Source: Candidatus Thalassarchaeaceae archaeon (GTDB lineage: Archaea > Thermoplasmatota > Poseidoniia > Poseidoniales > Thalassarchaeaceae). From it: 44,755 nt of DNA. The notes beneath the pieces were generated by a model that did not search any database, was not told the origin of the DNA, and saw nothing but the letters and a program-made list of their open reading frames with translations. Location: assembly GCA_029250665.1 (NCBI GenBank), contig JAQXEV010000006.1, positions 1 through 44,755 on the forward strand. Reading direction: 5' to 3'. This document shows positions 36,129-44,668 of this stretch, piece after piece (the first letter of the stretch is position 1; every line of letters starts with the position of its first letter). Both the position numbers and the translations under genes were made by a program.

Positions 36129-36566
36129 ATGGTCAGCAAGAAAGCAGGAAAGCAGCGTCAGGCTCAGACCGACGCACCGATTCATGTCCGTAGGAAGCGC
36201 ATTCGCGCACGCCTGATCACAGATGACCCTGACCTTGCATCGATTCGTTCGGTCACCGTCAGGGTCGGAGACGAGGTCGAAGTCCTTCGCGGTGACTTCG
36301 GATTCCCTAACAGCGTCAAGGCTGACTCACGCGGCAAGCGTTTGGGACAGTCACGCGGACGCTCCGGCATCAAGTCAAAAGTCGTTGGAGTCAACGCAAA
36401 GAGCGGATTTATCCTAGTCGAGGGCGTCACTACGGCGACCGCCGACGGAAAGGAGGAAGCACTTCCAATCCATCCATCTAATCTCATTGTCATCAAGCTA
36501 TACGATGGTGACCCACTGCGCATCAAGCGCATCATGGAACGTTCCAACGGAGGTGCTGAACAATGA
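36129..36566 (+). CDS. rpl24: 50S ribosomal protein L24 (uL24)
   Basis: KQR..AP.H.R, VRVGDEVEVLRGD, PIHPSN. Confidence 0.95.
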   Translation: MVSKKAGKQRQAQTDAPIHVRRKRIRARLITDDPDLASIRSVTVRVGDEVEVLRGDFGFPNSVKADSRGKRLGQSRGRSGIKSKVVGVNAKSGFILVEGVTTATADGKEEALPIHPSNLIVIKLYDGDPLRIKRIMERSNGGAEQ

Positions 36567-37261
36567 GTAGCAGCCACATGAAGAGACTGACAATGCCACG
36601 AAGCTGGCCACTAACTCGCAAGACCGATATTTGGGTCCAGAAGCCTAACCCCGGAGGCCATCCCGATGAGATGTGCATGCCGCTTGGCCTGATTCTACGC
36701 GATGTTCTCGACCTCGCGCACTCCCAGCGAGAAGCAAGGCGCATGACAGCAACTCGCCAGGTGCTCGTCGATGGGCGCATCGAGACTGATGTCGGCCGCG
36801 GCGTCGGCCTAATGGATGTCCTCACCATTGGCGAGGACAACTTCCGCTGTATCCTCGACCAGAACGGTAAACTCCGCTACCGCAAGATTTCCGCTAAGCA
36901 GGCTACAACCAAGTTGTGCCGCGTCATGGGTAAGACTACCCTGCGCGGCGGTAAGACTCAGATTCACCTGCACGATGGGCGCAATTTCACCATTGAAGAC
37001 GCCAATCTGTACAATTCTGGCGACTCTCTTGTAATCTCACTACCTGATCAAGAGGTCGCTGGCCACCACGCCTTCGGCGAGGGAGTACAGGCTTACCTCA
37101 CCGGAGGAAGCCACATCGGTACCACCGCGAAGGTTGTCTCAAGGGACGTAAAGCGTTCCTCGAAGGCTAACGAGGTCCAGTTCGCGGACTTCGGTACAGT
37201 CGCTGACTACGTCTTCGTCATTGGTTCCGACAAGGATCTGCCACTGGAGGTGAAGGCTTGA
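36563..37261 (+). CDS. rps4e: 30S ribosomal protein S4e (eS4)
   Basis: HMKRL..P.SW, PL..ILRD.L, VGLMDV, LHDGRN, GGSHIG. Confidence 0.97.
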   Translation: MSSSHMKRLTMPRSWPLTRKTDIWVQKPNPGGHPDEMCMPLGLILRDVLDLAHSQREARRMTATRQVLVDGRIETDVGRGVGLMDVLTIGEDNFRCILDQNGKLRYRKISAKQATTKLCRVMGKTTLRGGKTQIHLHDGRNFTIEDANLYNSGDSLVISLPDQEVAGHHAFGEGVQAYLTGGSHIGTTAKVVSRDVKRSSKANEVQFADFGTVADYVFVIGSDKDLPLEVKA

Positions 37262-37785
37262 GCGAATCAGTCAATCCTATGCTTGCTCCTCGCATCGCTA
37301 AGGTCACTGTCAACATCGGTGTCGGCGAGGCAGGTGCTCGTCTCCAGCTCGCCGAGCGTGTGCTCGAGTTACTCACCGGACTGAAGCCGGTTCGCACCAT
37401 TTCCAAGAGTACCAACCGTGATCTAGGCACCCGCGAGGGCGCTCCAATCGGTTGCAAGGTTACAATCCGTGATTCAACTACCATCGGTTCCTTCCTTAAG
37501 GACGCATTTTGGGTTCGTGAGAACACTCTGCCCGCTTGGCATTTCGATCAGTCGGGTAACCTCTCGTTCGGAATTGCGGACTACACAGACTTCCCCGAGC
37601 AGAAGTATGACCCGGACATCGGCATCTTCGGCATGGACATCAACATCGTACTCGAGCGCCCAGGACACAGGGTATCCCGCCGCCGCCGCCGCGCGGCCAA
37701 GGTAGGGGTGCCTCACCGAGTGGGCAGGGACGAGTCCAGAGAGTGGTTCAAGGAACACTTCGGACTGACCATTGTGGAGGAGTGA
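37258..37785 (+). CDS. rpl5: 50S ribosomal protein L5 (uL5)
   Basis: NPM..PRIAKVTVNIGVGE, PIGCKVT, GNLSFG, YDPDIGIFGMD; TTG start behind a GGAGGTGA SD. Confidence 0.97.
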   Translation: MSESVNPMLAPRIAKVTVNIGVGEAGARLQLAERVLELLTGLKPVRTISKSTNRDLGTREGAPIGCKVTIRDSTTIGSFLKDAFWVRENTLPAWHFDQSGNLSFGIADYTDFPEQKYDPDIGIFGMDINIVLERPGHRVSRRRRRAAKVGVPHRVGRDESREWFKEHFGLTIVEE

Positions 37786-37788
37786 AGC

Positions 37789-37941
37789 ATGGCACGAGAT
37801 CATGGAGAAACTATCGGCCGAACAAACGGATGCCGACGCTGCGGACGCAAGCGCGGCATGATTCGCCGACATGGCCTACGATTGTGCCGCCAGTGCTTCC
37901 GAGATGTGGCCCCACAAATCGGTTTCAAGAAATATTCGTGA
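37789..37941 (+). CDS. rps14: 30S ribosomal protein S14 (uS14, Zn-binding type); not in the supplied ORF track
   Basis: Translated manually: [50 protein letters not shown] (50 aa); GGAGG SD; canonical position between rpl5 and rps8. Confidence 0.96.
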   Translation: MARDHGETIGRTNGCRRCGRKRGMIRRHGLRLCRQCFRDVAPQIGFKKYS

Positions 37942-37952
37942 GGTGATGAAGG

Positions 37953-38342
37953 ATGCAATTTGACCCATTGAGTGACGCTTTCGTCCGCATTTTCAACGCG
38001 GAGCAAGCCGGACATTACGAAGTGACATTGAGCCCTGCCAGCAAGTTGCTTGGCAGTATGCTCTCTATCATGCAGAAGTCCGGATATGTAGGAGAATTCC
38101 AACAAATCGAGGACGGTCGAGGAGGTGGATTCCGTATCGAGTTGATCGGAGCGATCAACCGCTGTGGAGTCATCAAGCCACGACACTCGGTCAAGAGGAC
38201 AGATTACGATAAGTGGGAGTCGCGCTACTTGCCGGCTCAGGACTTCGGTCTTCTGATCCTGACAACCAATCAAGGTGTGATGAACCACCACGATGCGAAG
38301 AAGGAGCGTGTCGGCGGGCGATTGCTCGCGTACATCTTCTGA
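37953..38342 (+). CDS. rps8: 30S ribosomal protein S8 (uS8)
   Basis: DPLSDA, INRCGVIKPR, YLPAQDFG, GGRLLAY. Confidence 0.97.
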   Translation: MQFDPLSDAFVRIFNAEQAGHYEVTLSPASKLLGSMLSIMQKSGYVGEFQQIEDGRGGGFRIELIGAINRCGVIKPRHSVKRTDYDKWESRYLPAQDFGLLILTTNQGVMNHHDAKKERVGGRLLAYIF

Positions 38343-38355
38343 GGAGTGATGAAGT

Positions 38356-38910
38356 ATGCCAAAATTGGATAAGATTTCACACACTATCGCTCTCCCTGAG
38401 GGAGTCTCCGCCACTCTCGCTGGTCACGACGTGACTCTGGCAAAGGATGGCAAGTCATTGACACGTGAGTTCCGCCACCCTCGTGTTGAGGTTCGTGATT
38501 CCTCAGAAGGAATCGAAGTATTCTGCAACCTACCACGTCGCAAGGAGAAGGCTCTCGCTGGAACTTGGGCGGCGCATCTAAACAACATGGCCCGAGGACT
38601 CGATTCGGGCTTCGTGTACAAGCTCAAGGCTGTGTATTCTCACTTCCCTATGACAATCAAGGTGCAAGGCAACCAGATGACCATCACCAACCTGTTTGGC
38701 GAGAAGGTCCCTCGAGTCGCTGCTCTACCATGGTCGCCTGCCGACGTCGAGGTCGAGGTCTCAAACAAGACCGACATCACCGTCAGAGGCGCTAACCGCG
38801 AACAGGTCGGCCAGACCGCGGCGAATATCGAGCGCTCCTGTCACATCAAGAAGCGAGACCGACGTGTTTTCCAGGATGGAATCTACATCGTCTCTAAGGG
38901 AGACCAATGA
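38356..38910 (+). CDS. rpl6: 50S ribosomal protein L6 (uL6)
   Basis: VYSHFPM, NLFGEK, VGQTAANIE, DRRVFQDGIY. Confidence 0.97.
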   Translation: MPKLDKISHTIALPEGVSATLAGHDVTLAKDGKSLTREFRHPRVEVRDSSEGIEVFCNLPRRKEKALAGTWAAHLNNMARGLDSGFVYKLKAVYSHFPMTIKVQGNQMTITNLFGEKVPRVAALPWSPADVEVEVSNKTDITVRGANREQVGQTAANIERSCHIKKRDRRVFQDGIYIVSKGDQ

Positions 38911-38920
38911 GGGGTGATTG

Positions 38921-39598
38921 ATGATGGATTACGAAGGTAAAACAGTCGCTGAACTGAAGGATCTGCTCCGTGCAGCCGAATTGCCGGTATCCGGTAAGAA
39001 GGCCGATCTCATTGCTCGCCTACAGGAGGCTGGAGATACTCCAGCCGCCGTCGAAGAAGTCGACAACGAAGAAGTCCCGGAAGATATCTCTGATGATGTC
39101 GAGATGGACGAGGTCGATGACGACTTCGAAGGTGAGGAATTTGAGGACGAGTGGGATGACTTCCACACAGCTCGCCAGAAACCGGTCCTCGACGATGCAA
39201 CCAAGGAAGCGCTCGCAACCCGTGCGGCTCAGAAGAAGAAGCAACCTGCTTTCCGCCGCCAAGAGTGGTTCCGCTACAAGCGTCTCTCGCGCACTGGCTG
39301 GAAGAAGCCACGCGGAGACGACTCGAGCCAGCGCAAGAACCGCAAGTATCGCTCTCCTATGGTCCGTATCGGCTTCGGCAAGATTGCTGACGCTCGCGGA
39401 CTCCACCCCTCTGGATTCGAAGAAGTTCTCGTCAGCACTGCTGGCGACCTCGACGGACTCGATCCGGAGCGCCAGGCCGTACGTATCTCAGCCTCGGTCG
39501 GCAATCGCAAGAGATCAAGCATCCACGACCGCGCCGACGATCTCGGTCTACGCGTTCTCAATCGCCGTCGCTTCGCGCGCAAGGGGGACTTGAGATGA
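38921..39598 (+). CDS. rpl32e: 50S ribosomal protein L32e with N-terminal SAP-like domain and acidic linker
   Basis: P.FRRQEW..YKRL, WKKPRG, RGLHPSG, LRVLN; N-terminal TVAELKDLLRAAELPVSGKKADLIARL. Confidence 0.95.
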   Translation: MMDYEGKTVAELKDLLRAAELPVSGKKADLIARLQEAGDTPAAVEEVDNEEVPEDISDDVEMDEVDDDFEGEEFEDEWDDFHTARQKPVLDDATKEALATRAAQKKKQPAFRRQEWFRYKRLSRTGWKKPRGDDSSQRKNRKYRSPMVRIGFGKIADARGLHPSGFEEVLVSTAGDLDGLDPERQAVRISASVGNRKRSSIHDRADDLGLRVLNRRRFARKGDLR

Positions 39599-40071
39599 TG
39601 ATCACGAATCAGAAGAGACTCGCGGCTGCAATCTTTAGCCAGCGAGAGGGACGCGTTGTCGGAATCCACAGAATTTGGGTCGACAAGGACTACCTCGACG
39701 ATGTTGCCAACGCTGTCCAGAAGAACGACGTTCGCCGCCTCATCGAGGAGGGCGTAATCAAGGCACGACCTTTGGTCGGAACCAGCCGTTCACGAGCTCG
39801 CAAGGCAGCTGCTCAGAAGTCGAAGGGACGACGCACAGGTCAAGGTTCGAGGAAAGGTACCTTGAATTCCCGTAACCCACGAAAGCACCGCTGGATGAGA
39901 ACAATCCGAGCACAACGCAGGACTTTGAAGGAAATGAGGGTCGACGAAACCCTCACTCCATCTGAATACCGCTACTACTACAGGAAGGCCAAGGGTGGAT
40001 CATACCGCTCTGTCTCCCACATGAAGTCGAACATGGAAATCGACGGAATCAAGCTCGGAGGTGAGCAGTGA
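39595..40071 (+). CDS. rpl19e: 50S ribosomal protein L19e
   Basis: QKRLAA, RIWVD, GRRTGQGSRKG, WMRTIRAQR, YYRKAKGG. Confidence 0.97.
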   Translation: MMITNQKRLAAAIFSQREGRVVGIHRIWVDKDYLDDVANAVQKNDVRRLIEEGVIKARPLVGTSRSRARKAAAQKSKGRRTGQGSRKGTLNSRNPRKHRWMRTIRAQRRTLKEMRVDETLTPSEYRYYYRKAKGGSYRSVSHMKSNMEIDGIKLGGEQ

Positions 40072-40586
40072 TGGCACACGGTAAGAACCAGAGACTCCGC
40101 TACAAGCGTCGCCGCAATGGCGAAACAGATTATCGCCGCAGAATGCGAATGCTTCGCGGTGGCAGTGCACGAGCAGTCGTCCGTGTGACGAACACTCAGA
40201 CAATCTGTCAATTGGTTGATTACGAGATCAGCGGTGACAATATCACAGTCTCAATTGATGGCAAGATGCTCGTCAACAAGTTCGCTTGGCCTCTCGATGC
40301 TTCTCGCAAATCAGTTCCAGCCAGCTACTTGTCTGGATACGCGATGGGTAAGGCTGCAATCGCTGCCGGACACGACGAGGCCATCCTCGACATCGGTCTA
40401 GCATCCTCTACCCCAGGAAATCGCGTCTTTGCTGCCCTCAAAGGAATGGTCGACGCAGGCCTTGATATTCCACACAGTGACAATGTGCTGCCAGAAGATG
40501 ACCGCATCAGCGGTGCACACATCGACGATTCGATCGCAGCAGCAGTCGAGACGACAAAGAAGGCAATAGAGGAGGCGAATGCATGA
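40071..40586 (+). CDS. rpl18: 50S ribosomal protein L18 (uL18)
   Basis: RRR.GETDY, AILDIGL, RVFAALKGMVDAGLDIPH. Confidence 0.97.
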   Translation: MAHGKNQRLRYKRRRNGETDYRRRMRMLRGGSARAVVRVTNTQTICQLVDYEISGDNITVSIDGKMLVNKFAWPLDASRKSVPASYLSGYAMGKAAIAAGHDEAILDIGLASSTPGNRVFAALKGMVDAGLDIPHSDNVLPEDDRISGAHIDDSIAAAVETTKKAIEEANA

Positions 40587-41353
40587 GCGAAGAGACACCC
40601 GATATCGTCGAAGAAGCTCCAGCAATCGCCCCCGGCCTCGCTTTGGCGATGGCCGAGGTAGAGGATACATCTCCTCGCCGTCGCCGAGGTCCAGACCCTC
40701 TTGCGGCTCTGCGAACTTGGCAACCACGCACCCGTCTTGGGCGCATGGTGTACAACGGTCAAATTCTCACCTACGAAGAAGCCCTCAAGACTGGTCTACC
40801 AATTCGCGAAGTCGAAATCGTTGACGCACTCCTTCCAGGTATGACTGACGACGTTCTCGCGGTCAACATGATTCAGCGCATGACTGACTCCGGTCGCCGT
40901 GTGCGATTCAACGTCCTCTGTGTCGTTGGCAATAGTGACGGATACGTTGGGCTGGCAATCTGCAAGGGTAAGGAGGTCGCTCAAACTATCCGTAAGGCGA
41001 TTGACAAGGCCAAGTTGAACTTGATTCCAGTCATGCGTGGTAATGGTTCATGGGAATCTGGAGGCGGCCCCGGCACCTCCGTTCCACTGAAGATTACCGG
41101 CCGTTCAGGTTCCACTCGAGTCACTTTGATGCCAGCACCTGCTGGAAAGGGACTCGTCATTGGTGACTACGGACGCCGCGTTCTGCTTTTGGCTGGCGTC
41201 TCCGATGTCTGGAGCCGCTCCGCGGGTCAGACTCGAACAACCATCAATTACGCACAGGCTACATTCAACGCCCTCGTCGAGTTGAACAAGACTCGAATCA
41301 GCGAAGGAGATCGAAATCGCCTGAACATCACCAGCGGGAGGGGAGAACAATGA
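40583..41353 (+). CDS. rps5: 30S ribosomal protein S5 (uS5)
   Basis: WQPRTRLG, QRMTDSGRR, RGNGSWE, PAPAGKGL, TRTTINYA.AT. Confidence 0.97.
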   Translation: MSEETPDIVEEAPAIAPGLALAMAEVEDTSPRRRRGPDPLAALRTWQPRTRLGRMVYNGQILTYEEALKTGLPIREVEIVDALLPGMTDDVLAVNMIQRMTDSGRRVRFNVLCVVGNSDGYVGLAICKGKEVAQTIRKAIDKAKLNLIPVMRGNGSWESGGGPGTSVPLKITGRSGSTRVTLMPAPAGKGLVIGDYGRRVLLLAGVSDVWSRSAGQTRTTINYAQATFNALVELNKTRISEGDRNRLNITSGRGEQ

Positions 41354-41820
41354 CCTTCCTCGTTGTACGCGTACGAAGTGACCGTGGAGTCGAGCGCAGC
41401 ATCCGTGACACCATGGGTATGCTCAACCTGACCCGCGTCAACCACGCGACAATCGTCCCAGAGAGTTCCACATACGCTGGAATGCTCCAGAAGTCCAAGG
41501 ACTTCGTCACATGGGGTGTCGTCGACGCTGGAACAATCGAGAACCTTCTGACTCAGCGTGGTCGAATGGTCGGCGACAAGCCGGTTGACGACGCTGCTGT
41601 GAAGGCTGGATCAGACTTCAAGACAGTCAAGGCCTTCGCCAAGGCTCTAGCCTCTGGAGAGGCATCGATGAAGTCGGTAGACGGACTCAAGCCAGTCCTG
41701 CGTCTTCACCCGCCACGCGGTGCGAAGGGATGGGGCGGCATCAAGCGAGCTTACTCGGTCGGCGGCGCTCTCGGATTCCGAGGCGACGAGATCAGTTCTC
41801 TCGCAGAGAGAATGATTTGA
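41350..41820 (+). CDS. rpl30: 50S ribosomal protein L30 (uL30)
   Basis: LNLTRVNH, GMLQK.KD.VTWG, LRLHPPRG, GGALG.RG. Confidence 0.96.
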   Translation: MTFLVVRVRSDRGVERSIRDTMGMLNLTRVNHATIVPESSTYAGMLQKSKDFVTWGVVDAGTIENLLTQRGRMVGDKPVDDAAVKAGSDFKTVKAFAKALASGEASMKSVDGLKPVLRLHPPRGAKGWGGIKRAYSVGGALGFRGDEISSLAERMI

Positions 41821-41830
41821 GGTGAGATGA

Positions 41831-42253
41831 ATGGTATCACGAACTAACAAATTCCGAGGTCGCTCCCGTTATCACGGTCGCGGTAAGAAAGCCGGCCGTG
41901 GTGCTGGTCTACGTGGTGGACGAGGTAATGCTGGAATCAACAAGCACCGCCTCATGACTCGCCTCAAGTACATGCCAGGTCACTGGGGAATGCACGGATT
42001 CAACCGTCATCCAAGTCTTCGCAAGGTCAACGTCAGCATCAATCTCATGCAAGTTTGCCAGATGACAGAGGGCGATTCGGTCGACCTCGGTCAGATGGGA
42101 TATGACAAACTACTCGGCAGCGGTCGAATTGACCGCGCGATTACAATCACCGTTGCTTCAGCCAGCGCGCGTGCCATCGAGAAGGTGGAAGCCGCAGGCG
42201 GGTCAGTCATCCTCGGCGACGGAGACGACTCAGACGAATGGGAAGAGGAATGA
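41831..42253 (+). CDS. rpl15: 50S ribosomal protein L15 (uL15)
   Basis: RGSR-like start, RGAGLRGGRGNAG, KLLGSG, A.EKVEAAGG. Confidence 0.96.
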   Translation: MVSRTNKFRGRSRYHGRGKKAGRGAGLRGGRGNAGINKHRLMTRLKYMPGHWGMHGFNRHPSLRKVNVSINLMQVCQMTEGDSVDLGQMGYDKLLGSGRIDRAITITVASASARAIEKVEAAGGSVILGDGDDSDEWEEE

Positions 42254-42314
42254 TTGGGACTCAAAAACTCGATTTGATGAAATAAAGGATAAGCAGCGGC
42301 GCGGGTGATCGATT

Positions 42315-44237
42315 ATGGAAGAACGACGTCCCTCCTACATTGGTATTGTCGCGCTTTCCATCATCTACTGGGGAGCATTAACCTGGTGGCAGAAGGATGC
42401 TCTTTTCGGAACCGATTCCGATCTACAGATGAAAGCGCTAACAATGTTGGGGACATCATTCCCATACATTGGTTTCGTAATTTGGGGTACTTCTTCCGAT
42501 CTTCCAGAGAACATCGCTGAAACTCCTTATCTTGGAAGGATGCTGAAACCGACCATTTGGCTCGCCTTCATCGCTTTCTTCTTCGCTTGGGGTTTGAAGG
42601 ATTCATCCACGGTCGGATATCTGCTAGTAGGAGTTGGACTTCTTGGACTTGCAACAGGTCTTTGTTTAGCCTGTCTAATGTATTCAGGCTCAGGATCAAG
42701 TCGACTCTACGGGCTTCAGCGTTTGGTGGATGTTTATCCATCTATCACCAAGCCCGAGGGTCACGTCCGCTTCAATCAGAAATTGTGGACTACGACCCTC
42801 GTTCTCATCATTTACTTCATGATGACAAATGTGATGATTTGGGGTCTGTCTGAGTCGACCCTCGACGTCTTCTCGTCATTCCGCGCAATCATGGCCGGCG
42901 CCTCGGGTTCGATCATGCACCTCGGTATCGGTCCGATTGTTACAGGTTCGATTATCATGCAATTATTTGCTGGTGCCAAGATTATCCAACTCGATTTGCA
43001 GGACACGGCTGACAAGCAACTGTACCAAGGCGTGCAGAAGATTCTCGTTCTACTGATGATTCCAATCGAGTCCATCCCTCAGGTCTACGGATTCCTCGAC
43101 CCACATGGAGATATCATCACCCAGTACGGTGTAGGATGGGCTAACGCGATTATCGTCGCTCAGTTATTCGTCGGTTCATACCTCGTGTTCCTGCTTGATG
43201 AGTTGGTCAGTAAGTGGGGTATTGGAAGCGGTATCTCGCTATTCATCGCAGCGGGTGTAGCTCAGTCCACCTTCGTTGGTACACTATCTCCACTGGCAAC
43301 AGTCCAGGGAACGCCGTATTCCTTGCAGAATCCTCCTTCAGGAACTCTGCCGATGATATTCTACACTCTGCGCACAGCAACGAATTCCGAATTGGTAAGT
43401 CAGAATGGTTTCGAATTGATATTACTCAATCACGCCAATCCTGTTGCTGCCTTGGTTTCGTCGATTATCGTGTTCCTCGTAGTGGCATATGCTGAATCGA
43501 GTAAACTCGAACTGCCACTGACACACGGTAAGGTGCGTGGCCACAGAGGCCAGTATCCAATCAGACTCGTCTATGCGAGTAACATTCCAGTGATTTTGAT
43601 GGCTGCTCTGCTTGCTAACGTGAATATGTTCACTCTCCTCTTCTGGTCCCATCCTACACTCTCTACGGTGCCGATATTGGGAAGTGAGGGGGCGTACAGT
43701 ATTTCTCCCTGGCTTGGTTCATACGAACCGGGTGCGACAACTCCCACAGGTGGATTCGCTTGGTATTCCTCGATGGTTAATGGAGTGGGTGATTGGCTCA
43801 TCCCGTTGCTGAATCAGTCTCCTGATGCCTATGGGCACGATCTTTGGCAGGTCATGGTTCACGTGATTGTCTATGTTACATTCATGACCGCCGGTTCGAC
43901 AGTCTTCGCGAAGTTCTGGATTGAGACTACCAATATGGGCTCGAAGGATGTTGCTAAGCAGATCGAGCGCACTGGAATGCAGATTCCTGGATTTAGGAAG
44001 AATCCGGTCGTCCTCGAACGAATTCTTGAGCGATATATTCCTCCTGTCACCGTCTTCTCTGGTGCATTCGTTGGTCTTCTCGCCGCCGGTGCAGACTTAC
44101 TCGGTACAGTTGGTAATGCGACCGGAACCGGATTGCTACTAGCGGTCGGAATTATCCTCCGAACATACGAGCAGATTCAGAAGGAACAGGCCATGGAAAT
44201 GCACCCTGTATTACGAGAATTCTTTGGTGCTGAATGA
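42315..44237 (+). CDS. secY: Preprotein translocase subunit SecY with ~125-aa N-terminal membrane extension
   Basis: LGIGPIVTGSIIMQL, DELVSKWGIGSGISLFIAAGV, YASNIPVIL, GMQIPGFR, GTGLLLAVGI; GGTGA SD before ATG 42315. Confidence 0.97.
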   Translation: MEERRPSYIGIVALSIIYWGALTWWQKDALFGTDSDLQMKALTMLGTSFPYIGFVIWGTSSDLPENIAETPYLGRMLKPTIWLAFIAFFFAWGLKDSSTVGYLLVGVGLLGLATGLCLACLMYSGSGSSRLYGLQRLVDVYPSITKPEGHVRFNQKLWTTTLVLIIYFMMTNVMIWGLSESTLDVFSSFRAIMAGASGSIMHLGIGPIVTGSIIMQLFAGAKIIQLDLQDTADKQLYQGVQKILVLLMIPIESIPQVYGFLDPHGDIITQYGVGWANAIIVAQLFVGSYLVFLLDELVSKWGIGSGISLFIAAGVAQSTFVGTLSPLATVQGTPYSLQNPPSGTLPMIFYTLRTATNSELVSQNGFELILLNHANPVAALVSSIIVFLVVAYAESSKLELPLTHGKVRGHRGQYPIRLVYASNIPVILMAALLANVNMFTLLFWSHPTLSTVPILGSEGAYSISPWLGSYEPGATTPTGGFAWYSSMVNGVGDWLIPLLNQSPDAYGHDLWQVMVHVIVYVTFMTAGSTVFAKFWIETTNMGSKDVAKQIERTGMQIPGFRKNPVVLERILERYIPPVTVFSGAFVGLLAAGADLLGTVGNATGTGLLLAVGIILRTYEQIQKEQAMEMHPVLREFFGAE

Positions 44238-44360
44238 GCCCAATAAAGCTCTCTAACCCAATGTAAACTATACTGTAAAACGGCGTTTGATTGCACCCCA
44301 CTCTAGACTACACAATCGCGGCGCAGTGCATCGATTATAGGTCGCAGCCCACTCGTCATC

Positions 44361-44368
44361 TTCATATA
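44361..44368 (+). promoter_or_regulatory. Putative TATA box of the 16S rRNA transcription unit
   Basis: TTCATATA ~25 nt upstream of the first large hairpin (44392) of the presumed pre-rRNA leader. Confidence 0.45.
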
Positions 44369-44391
44369 CCGAAGGACGGTCGGCGGGCTGC

Positions 44392-44459
44392 TGCGTCAGA
44401 CTGGCGTTGGAGACTGAGGACCTTCGGGTCCGGTGAAGTTCTCCATCATGTCAGACGCA
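44392..44459 (+). other. Kink-turn-containing hairpin in the pre-16S rRNA 5' leader
   Basis: C-stem GGACC/GGTCC with UUCG loop, 3-nt bulge GGU, tandem G.A/A.G pairs, extended outer stem. Confidence 0.6.
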
Positions 44460-44668
44460 CGCCGAGGAAATGCAGTCGCGAACTCGATTCGCGATAAAGA
44501 GGTGAACCACGTTCAACTTGACCCCCGACATAGGGGGTGCAAGAAGCAGATTATTTCGATTCAAAATCAAAAATAGAATCGGTGTTCTGCGTCAATTTTC
44601 AATAAGAATCAGCAAAAACTTGTGATCCACTCGATACTTCCGTTAGGATTGTGATTCCGCTCACGCGA

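Noticed and set aside
44291-44497. 68-aa ORF between secY and 16S
   Set aside because: TTG start with no SD, no motifs, and it overlaps the putative rRNA promoter and K-turn hairpin.
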